DNA of 64,000 bases from contig OZ024762.1 in NCBI GenBank assembly GCA_964016885.1, positions 22,196,001 through 22,260,000 of the forward strand. Direction: 5' to 3'. The notes beneath the pieces were generated by a model, which was not told the DNA's origin, ran no database searches, and was given only the letters and a program-made list of their open reading frames with translations. Below, piece by piece: positions 13,174-24,874 of this stretch; the stretch's first letter is position 1, and each line of letters opens with the position of its first letter. This DNA is from Eledone cirrhosa. Lineage: Eukaryota. The translations under genes and the position numbers were made by a program.

Positions 13174-15084
13174 ATGGCGGAGCCACGCCCCCTAGAGGCG
13201 GGTCTGCTGTCGTGCAACGGCGACTTGAGCGTTGAGAGGAGAGGTGAGGCGAGGAGCGCCACCAGCACGAATGTGAGCAGCGACAGTGCCAGCACCAACG
13301 GGCCGAGCGGCGCGGAAGGTGGTAACAGCGACAACACCAACACCAACAAGCCGAACAGCGCAGAAGGTGGTAATAACGAGAGCACCAACAAAACGAACAG
13401 CACAGAGAGTAATAGTAGCGACAGCAGCAGCACCAACAAGGCCAACAGCACAGAAGGTAACCACGACACAGGGGAGAACAACAACAGCAATAGCAGCAGC
13501 AACACCAACAAGAACAACAACAGTGACAACACCAACAAGAACACTTTCGCTGCTGTGGCAGCGGCTAAAAGGAGACCATGCTACAGCATCGACTTAACCA
13601 ACAGAGAGGAAAAGTTGGCCCAGGCCTGGAAAATCATAAATCAAGAGCAGACCTGGGCAAACTTAACTGTCCCGGCAGAAGCCATTGAGGCAGTGGAAAA
13701 AAGAACGGTGCATTTCAGATGCATCTCAGTAGAGACAAAGAGGGCAGCGATAATCGCCCAAGCTGATATAGAAGCCGCACTGAAATACATCAGAGAGGAC
13801 ACAGACTTCATAGAGAGGGGCAGGCAATACGGCACCGTTTCGGTGCTGTTCAAGTCTGAAGCCCTCGCTGTGAAGCATTCAATGACCCCTTGCAAAACCA
13901 GCAAGGTCATAATGTACCCCTCCCACATGGGAAAACGAATAGCACGTGTGCGCATTCCCAGGATTCCACCAGGACTTGATATGTGGTGGCTCCTGGGTTG
14001 CGTAATCGTGGAAGGAACGGATACAGTCCCGGTAGAGGCAACGAGAACTGCCAGGGACGACTGGTCCGGGGTTGATCTGGAGATACTGCTCCAAATCAGA
14101 CCCGAAAACGTAAAAACAATCCCGGACCACATCCGCCTCCAAAACGGGAGGGTGTTGCATATAATGACTGAGGGCAAAAGGCCGCATTGTTTCCTTTGTG
14201 GGGAAACGACACACTTGCGAGCCTTCTGCCCTCAACTGCCGAAAAGCGCAAGGGGTCGAAAGATTCCACTGCTGGCGACGCCGGGACAAGGACCACCAGC
14301 AACACCGTCAACAATGGAACCACCAAAATTGCACACCCAGGGGGGAAACGAGGAAAGCTCTCCCATTCCCCCTCCCCTCAAAAATACACACACGAACAAG
14401 AACATAAACACTCACTCAGACACAAACACGCTCACAGCCACAGACCCCTCATCCTCCAGCAGTGAAGATGAGGGAAAACCAAAGTCCCCAAAAATACAAA
14501 AAACAAAACACAAAAAAAAAAGAAATCCACAAAGCACAAACACCCCCACAAAAAAAAATACACACACCACCCACACAAACATTTTCCCCACAGCATCACC
14601 AACACAACCACCAAAATCCCCCAAACGCAAACAAGCTAAACAGACACAAGAACAAATAGACACACAAACATCAGAAACTACAGACACCCCACCCACAACA
14701 AACGCAGACACAATAGAAACAACACTAACAAAGCTATCACCACCACAATCACACGAACAAATAAAACCCGAGCAACAAAACATTAAAAACTTCGTGCTTG
14801 CCAGAAGGGCCAACAAGGAATTGATGGCCCATGTAGCACGAAGCACAAACATCGAAAAAGACGGGGAAACATTTGAAGCGAGCACATTTCGCGTACCAGA
14901 TAATTTGCTTCTGATGCGAATGTCGCTCGCTTCATACAAAGAAATTCGAAAGAGCTTTCCTCGGGATGTGGGAACCCCGAACGTAAAACCCACGTCAAGA
15001 CTATTAAAGGGGTTCCCAAAAGAAACCCCACAAACCATGGAGGTCGAACCACCCGACCTTCACAAGACCCCGGAAGGTAAGTAA
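13174..15084 (+). CDS. LINE ORF1 protein (636 aa) with CCHC zinc knuckle
   Basis: Intact ORF. CFLCGETTHLRAFC fits C-X2-C-X4-H-X4-C. It has a Ser/Asn-rich N-terminus, the TFAAVAAA motif typical of Tx1/L1-like ORF1, and a Pro/Thr/Lys-rich linker. Confidence 0.9.
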   Translation: MAEPRPLEAGLLSCNGDLSVERRGEARSATSTNVSSDSASTNGPSGAEGGNSDNTNTNKPNSAEGGNNESTNKTNSTESNSSDSSSTNKANSTEGNHDTGENNNSNSSSNTNKNNNSDNTNKNTFAAVAAAKRRPCYSIDLTNREEKLAQAWKIINQEQTWANLTVPAEAIEAVEKRTVHFRCISVETKRAAIIAQADIEAALKYIREDTDFIERGRQYGTVSVLFKSEALAVKHSMTPCKTSKVIMYPSHMGKRIARVRIPRIPPGLDMWWLLGCVIVEGTDTVPVEATRTARDDWSGVDLEILLQIRPENVKTIPDHIRLQNGRVLHIMTEGKRPHCFLCGETTHLRAFCPQLPKSARGRKIPLLATPGQGPPATPSTMEPPKLHTQGGNEESSPIPPPLKNTHTNKNINTHSDTNTLTATDPSSSSSEDEGKPKSPKIQKTKHKKKRNPQSTNTPTKKNTHTTHTNIFPTASPTQPPKSPKRKQAKQTQEQIDTQTSETTDTPPTTNADTIETTLTKLSPPQSHEQIKPEQQNIKNFVLARRANKELMAHVARSTNIEKDGETFEASTFRVPDNLLLMRMSLASYKEIRKSFPRDVGTPNVKPTSRLLKGFPKETPQTMEVEPPDLHKTPEGK

Positions 15085-15113
15085 ACCTTTCCTCTCCCAT
15101 TCATCCTGCCAGC

Positions 15114-18100
15114 ATGGCCATAAGAGTAGGAAGTTTAAATGTTCGTGGCCTGGGGTCGCCCTGGAAGCAAGGTCACTTGCTCAACGACCTCAGGTCACTA
15201 GGAATAGATGTAATTGCCATCAGCGAGACCAGAATTTCCGACACACGCGCACTGGCGCCGATTTTCGACGATTATCAGATCTTTGCATCTGTTAGTCGGC
15301 CGGGAATGGGAGGTGGAGTGGCTGTGCTGTTTAGGAAATGTCTGGATCTCGAGGTAAGGTCAATCTTCCGGGATCCTGACGGAAAGTTGGTTGTCCTGGA
15401 CGTGAGCAATAGCGAAGGTGGTGCCTTTAGACTGGTGGCCGTCTACGCCCCTACTGGGGCCGGTCGGCCGGACTTCTTTAGGCGCCTGGAAAACTTTCTG
15501 CTTACGTCTCGCCCTTTACTGTTAATAGGGGATTGGAATGGCATCTTAGAAGCACGCTGGGATTGTGTGGGAGTATCTGATAGGAGCGGGGGGTGCAAAA
15601 GCCTCAAGTACCTGATCAGCCAGTTTCAACTGTCTGACAGGTACCGACTAGATTTCCCTAATGCGCCAGTATGGACCTGGACCAATCGCATAGGGTCATC
15701 TAGATCGTACATAGATAGGATTTTCATTAGGAAAAGAGATAGAAATAGTGTAGGATGTCCACATTTTAAAACGGTTGCCTATTCAGATCACAAGCTTGTG
15801 ATCTGTATGGTCGACCTAGATAAGACACGTAGGTTAGGACCTAGCTACTGGAAGCTAAACATGTCGTTTCCGGCACGTAAAGCTTACAGGGACCGGGTCA
15901 ACAACTTAGTTAAGCAAAAGTTGACAGGGGGGTTGTCAACAACAGGTGGTGGGGGGCACTCAAAAGAGAGATTAGAGCAACCTCGATAGGATTTAGCAAA
16001 GAAGTAGCAATAGAGAAAAATAGAAAAGAGGAGGGGCTGATAGCTAAGTTAGACGAGGCTATTTGTAGTGGCATTGCAACAGACGTGCTAGCGGCGAGAA
16101 TGGCACTAGACCATTTCTTCAATGCGAAACACGAAGGTTGCATTGTCAGAGCTAAGGCGCGTGCTCTGAGGAACGAGGGAACCAAAGCTGCCCGATGGGC
16201 TCGCTTTGCAGAGACGCAGCGTGGAAATAAAACCACAATTCGGTCTTTGACGGATCGAGATGGACACGAACTGAGCGATTCCAAGCAGATGTGTGAGGCC
16301 TTTCGCCAGCACTTTGCTCGATTGTTCGGGAGGATGGGTGAGTCGGAGATGGCGGCGGACTTCAGTCCCTACCTCGACGGCTTGCCACGCCTCTCGACGG
16401 CCGACGCTGAGCGCTGCGAAGAGCCGATAACATCAGCCGAAATTCAGGACGCCCTTGTCGGCTGCTCGAGTCGCAAGTCACCCGGTTTGGATGGTCTGCC
16501 CTACGAGCTTTACGTAAATATGCCAGACTTGTTCTCCGATCTCCTCGAAGCGCTCTACTGCAACTGGCAGCAGAACGGGAGCATTCCCAGTTCTGTGAGC
16601 CGTGGCGTAGTGACGCTGATAAGGAAAGACGAGAACAAGAGGGACACACTAGATAATTTCAGGCCCATAACCCTGCTCAACACAGAGTTTAAGATTTTGG
16701 CCAAGGTGTTAGCGAAAAGGTTGGCGCTTGTCGTCAAAGATTTGGTTGGGGAGGCGCAAACTTGCGCAATCCCGACCAGGTCCATACACGACAACCTCCA
16801 CCTCATGCGATACATCATAGAGAGGGTTGGGTGCAAACCTGGCTTCGGTGGGGCTCTGATCAATTTAGATCAATCGAAAGCATTCGATAGGGTCGACCAT
16901 CGGTACTTGGAGGCTGTACTCGAGGCGGCTGGCTTCGGCCCCGTCTTCAGAAGCTGGATCGCTGCAATGTACAGCGGCATCCGCTCGGTGGTCAAAGTTA
17001 ATGGCCACCTCTCGGAACCGTTTCAGATCTCTCGATCGGTCCGTCAAGGGTGCCCTCTCTCCTCACTTCTGTACGTATTGACTCTTGAGCCTCTACTGCG
17101 GAAGCTGGAGTTGTTGCAGGGCATCCCGCTCGAACCGGGACGTAGAAAGGCTGCGTCCGCTTATGCGGACGACATCACCGTGATGGTGTCGGACACCTCG
17201 GAAATCGAGGTGATCCGCACCCATTTGGAGGAATATGAAAGGTTGACGGGAGCAAAACTTAACCCGGAAAAGTCGGTGGGCTTGCAGCTCGGCACCTGGA
17301 GAGGCAAGTCCATGCCGTCCAACAGCGTCGTTGGGCGCTGGACAGACGGACCGGTAAAGTTGCTCGGGGTTTGGTTCGGACCAGACCTCCAGGTGGATAA
17401 GAATTGGGACGAGGTGACGAGCAGGATAGCCAACCTCACCCAGAAATGGGCTGAGAGAAAGCTATCACTGAAAGGGCGGGCGGAGGTGGCGAACGCGTAC
17501 ATCGCGTCCGTCATCTACTACCGCCTGACCGTCGTGCCTTGCCCCCGTCCACGCCTCGCCAATTTGGAACGGCTCCTTTTCAAATTTTTGTGGAGGGGAC
17601 GGGTCCCGTTGGTGAGGCGGTCCATCTGCTGCCAGCACCCTCTTCGTGGAGGGCTGGGCATGCCGTGGCTAATGATGCGCAGACATGCGCTGAGGCTGCG
17701 ACATCTCCAGATATTTTGCCTAAACGGTGAACAGGTGTGGTCGCCGTTTGTTAGACGGGCCTTTCCGCAGCTCATCTCTTTGACTGAGCTGCAGTCCTGG
17801 GTCAAGAAGAGACCGAGACTGGGCGACTGGCATCTGGAATGTTGCCAGGCGCTCACTGCACTCTGCAAGGTGGGCAATGCGGTCAGTGGAACTTCCACTC
17901 AAGATTTCTATAGAGGATTAGTGGAGGGCAAGTGCGATGACGTACTAGGAGAGGCTCTGGGCGTCAACGAAGTAGAACTGACCAGTATGTTCCGGAGGAC
18001 TTTCGAGCCGGGGACGATGGATAACTTCCAGAAATCCCTCGCTTGGCAGTGCTACCGGGGGGCGCTGCCGGTTCGGGATAAACTCTACAGGCACGGAAGT

Positions 18101-18532
18101 GCTGTCAGACGAACCTGCCCGAGATGCGCGCAGAGCGACGAAACCGTTCTGCACGCACTCGTCCAGTGTCCGTGCATTGCTGACTTGTGGGGTTATGTCG
18201 AACAGCTATTGTCGCGTGTAGAACGGATCCGGCTATCGTCCGAGTCCATAGTGAAGATTGACCCGCCGCCTTCTTTTGGTCAGGAAGGGCAGGCAATTTT
18301 CCTCTGCCTGGTGGCAGTAGCGAAAGAGGTTGCATGGTGGACCAGGTTGAAAGGACTGAAGACAGACACTTTTCTCTTCGGCCAATCCCTCATCAACTTC
18401 TTCAAGTTTCACTTGGAAAGGAAGGTGAGGGTGGAGAGAGAAGTGCTGCCCCCCAGTACATTTACTGAAAGGTGGGTGAATGTGGCGAGAATGGCCCGCG
18501 TGAGTGGGCCTACTCTGATCATGCGCCTGTAG
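15114..18532 (+). pseudogene. LINE ORF2 (APE endonuclease + reverse transcriptase + C-terminal zinc finger), interrupted by one frameshift at the G6 run 15927-15932
   Basis: APE motifs GSLNVRGL, SETR, VYAP, GDWN, YIDRIF, SDHK. RT motifs KSPGLDGL, FRPITLLN, DQSKAFDRV, RQGCPLS, AYADD. Zinc finger CPRC..ETVLHALVQC. A -1 shift at the G run joins 15114-15989 to 16085-18532 via VVNNRWWGALKREIR. Confidence 0.9.
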
Positions 18533-19012
18533 GCTGGTGAATTCGAGAAGGAGAGGGGTGCCCTTCCCGGGTGCCCTAGGAGCGTCGGGTGGCTCAGGAC
18601 TGGTGGGGTGCTTGAGTCAACCCTGGGTGGTGATCCCTCTTATTGGGGAACTTTCATTGTTGTATTTTTATTGTTATTTTGTTTTTTTGTTATTTATACT
18701 TACTCGATCTCTATGTAAACCCCCACTGTCCCTGTCTATTGTGTTGTCCCCTATATGTCGGCCCTTGTGGCCAATAAATGAAATCATTATTATTATTATT
18801 ATTGACGAAAGTGGATGTACGTTTTTTGAAGCTCCGTGAGTAAGCAATTTTTTGAGGATTAATTGTGGAGAATTGTTTATTTTTTGTACCGCTGAAGCAT
18901 TATAAGACATTCATTTGTACCCTGTGAAGGAATAACTCATAATATTTGGGCCTTTTGGCCCAAATATTTGAACTTTATTTTGGAAAAATAATAATTTTTT
19001 TCTCAAAAAAAC

Positions 19013-20903
19013 ATGGCGGAGCCACGCCCCCTAGAGGCGGGTCTGCTGTCGTGCAACGGTGACTTGAGCGTTGAGAGGAGAGGTGGGGCGAGGAGCGCCA
19101 CCAGCACGAGTGTGAGCAGCGACAGTGCCAGCACCAACGGGCCGAGCGGCGCGGAAGGTGGTAACAGCGACAACACCAACACCAACAAGCCGAACAGCGC
19201 AGAAGGTGGTAATAGCGAGAGCACCAACAAAACGAACAGCACAGAGAGTAATAGTAGCGACAGCAGCAGCACCAACAAGGCCAACAGCACAGAGGGTAAC
19301 CACGACACAGGGGAGAACAACAACAGCAATAGCAGCAGCAACACCAACAAGAACAACAACAGTGACAACACCAACAAGAACACCTTCGCTGCTGTGGCAG
19401 CGGCTAAAAGGAGACCATGCTACAGCATCGACTTAACCAACAGAGAGGAAAAGTTGGCCCAGGCCTGGAAAATCTTAAATCAAGAGCAGACCTGGGCAAA
19501 CTTAACTGTCCCGGCAGAAGCCATTGAGGCAGTGGAAAAAAGAACGGTGCATTTCAGATGCATCTCAGTAGAGACAAAGAGGGCAGCGATAATCGCCCAA
19601 GCTGATATAGAAGCCGCACTGAAATACATCAGAGAGGACACAGACTTCATAGAGAGGGGCAGGCAATACGGCACCGTTTCGGTGCTGTTCAAGACTGAAG
19701 CCCTCGCTGTGAAGCATTCAATGACCCCTTGCAAAACCAGCAAGGTCATAATGTACCCCTCCCACATGGGAAAACGAATAGCACGTGTGCGCATTCCCAG
19801 GATTCCACCAGGACTTGATATGTGGTGGCTCCTGGGTTGCGTAATCGTGGAAGGAACGGATACAGTCCCGGTAGAGGCAACGAGAACTGCCAGGGACGAC
19901 TGGTCCGGGGTTGATCTGGAGATACTGCTCCAAATCAGACCCGAAAACGTAAAAGCAATCCCGGACCACATCCGCCTCCAAAACGGGAGGGTGTTGCATA
20001 TAATGACTGAGGGCAAAAGGCCGCATTGTTTCCTTTGTGGGGAAACGACACACTTGCGAGCCTTCTGCCCTCAACTGCCGATTCCACTGCTGGCGACGCC
20101 GGGACAAGGACCACCAGCAACACCGTCAACAATGGAACCACCAAAATTGCACACCCAGGGGGGAAACGAGGAAAGCTCTCCCATTCCCCCTCCCCCCAAA
20201 AATACACACACGAACAAGAACATAAACACTCACTTAGACACAAACACGCTCACAGCCACAGACCCCTCATCCTCCAGCAGTGAAGATGAGGGAAAACCAA
20301 AGTCCCCCAAAATACAAAAAACAAAACACAAAAAAAAAAGAAATCCACAAAGCACAAACACCCCCACAAAAAAAAATACACACACCACCCACACAAACAC
20401 TTTCCCCACAGCATCACCAACACAACCACCAAAATCCCCCAAACGCAAACAAGCTAAACAGACACAAGAACAAATAGACACACAAACATCAGAAACTACA
20501 GACACCCCACCCACAACAAACGCAGACACAATAGAAACAACACTAACAAAGCTATCACCTCCACAATCACACGAACAAATAAAACCCGAGCAACAAAACA
20601 TTAAAAACTTCGTGCTTGCCAGAAGGGCCAACAAGGAATTGATGGCCCATGTAGCACGAAGCACAAACATCGAAAAAGAGGGGGGAAACATTTGAAGCGA
20701 GCACATTTCGCGTACCAGATAATTTGCTTCTGATGCGAATGTCGCTCGCTTCATACAAAGAAATTCGAAAGAGCTTTCCTCGGGATGTGGGAACCCCGAA
20801 CGTAAAACCCACTTCAAGACTATTAAAGGGGTTCCCAAAAGAAACCCCACAAACCATGGAGGTCGAACCACCCGACCTTCACAAGACCCCGGAAGGTAAG
20901 TAA
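19013..20903 (+). pseudogene. LINE ORF1 copy 2, frameshifted near 20680 (reads 560 aa, ends 20695)
   Basis: Lacks KSARGRK after the zinc knuckle. GAAAAAGAGGGGGGAAAC versus GAAAAAGACGGGGAAAC in copy 1 shifts the C-terminus. Confidence 0.85.
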
Positions 20904-20932
20904 ACCTTTCCTCTCCCATTCATCCTGCCAGC

Positions 20933-23900
20933 ATGGCCATAAGAGTAGGAAGTTTAAATGTTCGTGGCCTGGGGTCGCCCTGGAAGCAAGGTCACTTGCT
21001 CAACGACCTCAGGTCACTAGGAATGGATGTAATTGCCATCAGCGAGACCAGAATTTCCGACACACGCGCACTGGCGCCGATTTTCGACGATTATCAGATC
21101 TTTGCATCTGTTAGTCGGCCGGGAATGGGAGGTGGAGTGGCTGTGCTGTTTAGGAAATGTCTGGATCTCGAGGTAAGGTCAATCTTCCGGGATCCTGACG
21201 GAAAGTTGGTGGTCCTGGACGTGAGCAATAGCGAAGGTGGTGCCTTTAGACTGGTGGCCGTCTACGCCCCTACTGGGGCCGGTCGGCCGGACTTCTTTAG
21301 GCGCCTGGAAAACTTTCTGCTTACGTCTCGCCCTTTACTGTTAATAGGGGATTGGAATGGCATCTTAGAAGCACGCTGGGATTGTGTGGGAGTATCTGAT
21401 AGGAGCGGGGGGTGCAAAAGCCTCAAGTACCTGATCAGCCAGTTTCAACTGTCTGACAGGTACCGACTAGATTTCCCTAATGCGCCAGTATGGACCTGGA
21501 CCAATCGCATAGGGTCATCTAGATCGTACATAGATAGGATTTTCATTAGGAAAAGAGATAGAAATAGTGTAGGATGTCCACATTTTAAAACGGTTGCCTA
21601 TTCAGATCACAAGCTTGTGATCTGTATGGTCGACCTAGATAAGACACGTAGGTTAGGACCCAGCTACTGGAAGCTAAACATGTCGTTTCCGGCACGTAAA
21701 GCTTACAGGGACCGGGTCAACAACTTAGTTAAGCAAAAGTTAACAGGGGGGTTGTCAACAACAGGTGGTGGGGGGCACTCAAAAGAGAGATTAGAGCAAC
21801 CTCGATAGGATTTAGCAAAGAAGTAGCAATAGAGAAAAATAGAAAGGAGGAGGGGCTGATAGCTAAGTTAGACGAGGCTATTTGTAGTGGCATTGCAACA
21901 GACGTGCTAGCGGCGAGAATGGCACTAGACCATTTCTTCAATGCGAAACACGAAGGTTGCATTGTCAGAGCTAAGGCGCGTGCTCTGGGGAACGAGGGAA
22001 CCAAAGCTGCCCGATGGGCTCGCTTTGCAGAGACGCAGCGTGGAAATAAAACCACAATTCGGTCTTTGACGGATCGAGATGGACACGAACTGAGCGATTC
22101 CAAGCAGATGTGTGAGGCCTTTCGCCAGCACTTTGCTCGATTGTTCGGGAGGATGGGTGAGTCGGAGACGGCGGCGGACTTCAGTCCCTACCTCGACGGC
22201 TTGCCACGCCTCTCGACGGCCGACGCTGAGCGCTGCGAAGAGCCGATAACATCAGTCGAAATTCAGGACGCCCTTGTCGGCTGCTCGAGTCGCAAGTCAC
22301 CCGGTTTGGATGGTCTGCCCTACGAGCTTTACGTAAATATGCCAGACTTGTTCTCCGATCTCCTCGAAGCGCTCTACTGCAACTGGCAGCAGAACGGGAG
22401 CATTCCCAGTTCTGTGAGCCGTGGCGTAGTGACGCTGATAAGGAAAGACGAGAACAAGAGGGACACACTAGATAATTTCAGGCCCATAACCCTGCTCAAC
22501 ACAGAGTTTAAGATTTTGGCCAAGGTGTTAGCGAAAAGGTTGGCGCTTGTCGTCAAAGATTTGGTTGGGGAGGCGCAAACTTGCGCAATCCCGACCAGGT
22601 CCATACACGACAACCTCCACCTCATGCGATACATCATAGAGAGGGTTGGGTGCAAACCTGGCTTCGGTGGGGCTCTGATCAATTTAGATCAATCGAAAGC
22701 ATTCGATAGGGTCGACCATCGGTACTTGGAGGCTGTACTCGAGGCGGCTGGCTTCGGCCCCGTCTTCAGAAGCTGGATCGCTGCAATGTACAGCGGCATC
22801 CGCTCGGTGGTCAAAGTTAATGGCCACCTCTCGGAACCGTTTCAGATCTCTCGATCGGTCCGTCAAGGGTGCCCTCTCTCCTCACTTCTGTACGTATTGA
22901 CTCTTGAGCCTCTACTGCGGAAGCTGGAGTTGTTGCAGGGCATCCCGCTCGAACCGGGACGTAGAAAGGCTGCGTCCGCTTATGCGGACGACATCACCGT
23001 GATGGTGTCGGACACCTCGGAAATCGAGGTGATCCGCACCCATTTGGAGGAATATGAAAGGTTGACGGGAGCAAAACTTAACCCGGAAAAGTCGGTGGGC
23101 TTGCAGCTCGGCACCTGGAGAGGCAAGTCCATGCCGTCCAACAGCGTCGTTGGGCGCTGGACAGACGGACCGGTAAAGTTGCTCGGGGTTTGGTTCGGAC
23201 CAGACCTCCAGGTGGATAAGAATTGGGACGAGGTGACGAGCAGGATAGCCAACCTCACCCAGAAATGGGCTGAGAGAAAGCTATCACTGAAAGGGCGGGC
23301 GGAGGTGGCGAACGCGTACATCGCGTCCGTCATCTACTACCGCCTGACCGTCGTGCCTTGCCCCCGTCCACGCCTCGCCAATTTGGAACGGCTCCTTTTC
23401 AAATTTTTGTGGAGGGGACGGGTCCCGTTGGTGAGGCGGTCCATCTGCTGCCAGCACCCTCTTCGTGGAGGGCTGGGCATGCCGTGGCTAATGATGCGCA
23501 GACATGCGCTGAGGCTGCGACATCTCCAGATATTTTGCCTAAACGGTGAACAGGTGTGGTCGCCGTTTGTTAGACGGGCCTTTCCGCAGCTCATCTCTTT
23601 GACTGAGCTGCAGTCCTGGGTCAAGAAGAGACCGAGACTGGGCGACTGGCATCTGGAATGTTGCCAGGCGCTCACTGCACTCTGCAAGGTGGGCAATGCG
23701 GTCAGTGGAACTTCCACTCAAGATTTCTATAGAGGATTAGTGGAGGGCAAGTGCGATGACGTACTAGGAGAGGCTCTGGGCGTCAACGAAGTAGAACTGA
23801 CCAGTATGTTCCGGAGGACTTTCGAGCCGGGGACGATGGATAACTTCCAGAAATCCCTCGCTTGGCAGTGCTACCGGGGGGCGCTGCCGGTTCGGGATAA

Positions 23901-24351
23901 ACTCTACAGGCACGGAAGTGCTGTCAGACGAACCTGCCCGAGATGCGCGCAGAGCGACGAAACCGTTCTGCACGCACTCGTCCAGTGTCCGTGCATTGCT
24001 GACTTGTGGGGTTATGTCGAACAGCTATTGTCGCGTGTAGAACGGATCCGGCTATCGTTCGAGTCCATAGTGAAGATTGACCCGCCGCCTTCTTTTGGTC
24101 AGGAAGGGCAGGCAATTTTCCTCTGCCTGGTGGCAGTAGCGAAAGAGGTTGCATGGTGGACCAGGTTGAAAGGACTGAAGACAGACACTTTTCTCTTCGG
24201 CCAATCCCTCATCAACTTCTTCAAGTTTCACTTGGAAAGGAAGGTGAGGGTGGAGAGAGAAGTGCTGCCCCCCAGTACATTTACTGAAAGGTGGGTGAAT
24301 GTGGCGAGAATGGCCCGCGTGAGTGGGCCTACTCTGATCATGCGCCTGTAG
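20933..24351 (+). pseudogene. LINE ORF2 copy 2 (APE-RT-ZnF) with the same frameshift at G6 21746-21751
   Basis: Same motifs as copy 1. Split into 20933-21808 and 21904-24351 in the ORF track. Confidence 0.9.
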
Positions 24352-24635
24352 GCTGGTGAATTCGAGAAGGAGAGGGGTGCCCTTCCCGGGTGCCCTAGGA
24401 GCGTCGGGTGGCTCAGGACTGGTGGGGTGCTTGAGTCAACCCTGGGTGGTGATCCCTCTTATTGGGGAACTTTCATTGTTGTATTTTTATTGTTATTTTG
24501 TTTTTTTTGTTATTTATACTTACTCGATCTCTATGTAAACCCCCACTGTCCCTGTCTATTGTGTTGTCCCCTATATGTCGGCCCTTGTGGCCAATAAATG
24601 AAATCATTATTATTATTTTTGTTGTTATTAATGTA

Positions 24636-24667
<32 letters not shown>

Positions 24668-24668
<1 letters not shown>

Positions 24669-24715
24669 TTTTTTCTCGTGCAATGGCCATACTCGATAAC
24701 GAGGAGGCAGCCATC

Positions 24716-24716
<1 letters not shown>
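24668..24716. repeat. Right arm of the ~50 bp inverted repeat (partner 12374-12426)
   Basis: TTTTCTCGTGCAATGGCCATACTCGATAACGAGGAGGCAGCCATCA followed by (TA)n. Confidence 0.9.
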
Positions 24717-24770
<54 letters not shown>

Positions 24771-24874
24771 CATACATCAGCTAACGCCATCATTCCATAT
24801 ATATATATATCCTCTAGCTTAACCGATTCAAAAGAATGAAAGTCAATATGGTGTTAAGTCTTTATCTACCTCAG

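Larger units (their letters stand above)
12961..18803 (+). mobile_element. Full-length Tx1/L1-group non-LTR retrotransposon, copy 1, with (ATT)6 tail
   Basis: 213 bp 5' UTR, ORF1, ORF2, and a 3' UTR with AATAAA at 18773-18778. Boundaries are defined by identity with the tandem copy starting GACGAAAGTGG at 18804. Confidence 0.95.
18804..24617 (+). mobile_element. Full-length Tx1/L1-group non-LTR retrotransposon, copy 2, with (ATT)4 tail
   Basis: Near-identical to copy 1, with scattered substitutions, a 21-bp ORF1 deletion and a 1-bp ORF1 insertion. Confidence 0.95.

Noticed and set aside
15077-15112. Intron fusing ORF1 to ORF2
   Set aside because: It is only 36 nt, and removal gives GCA TGG CCA TAA, out of frame with ORF2.
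13164-24154. Antisense and alternative-frame ORFs within the LINEs
   Set aside because: These are shadow ORFs of ORF1/ORF2 and appear twice only because the element is duplicated.
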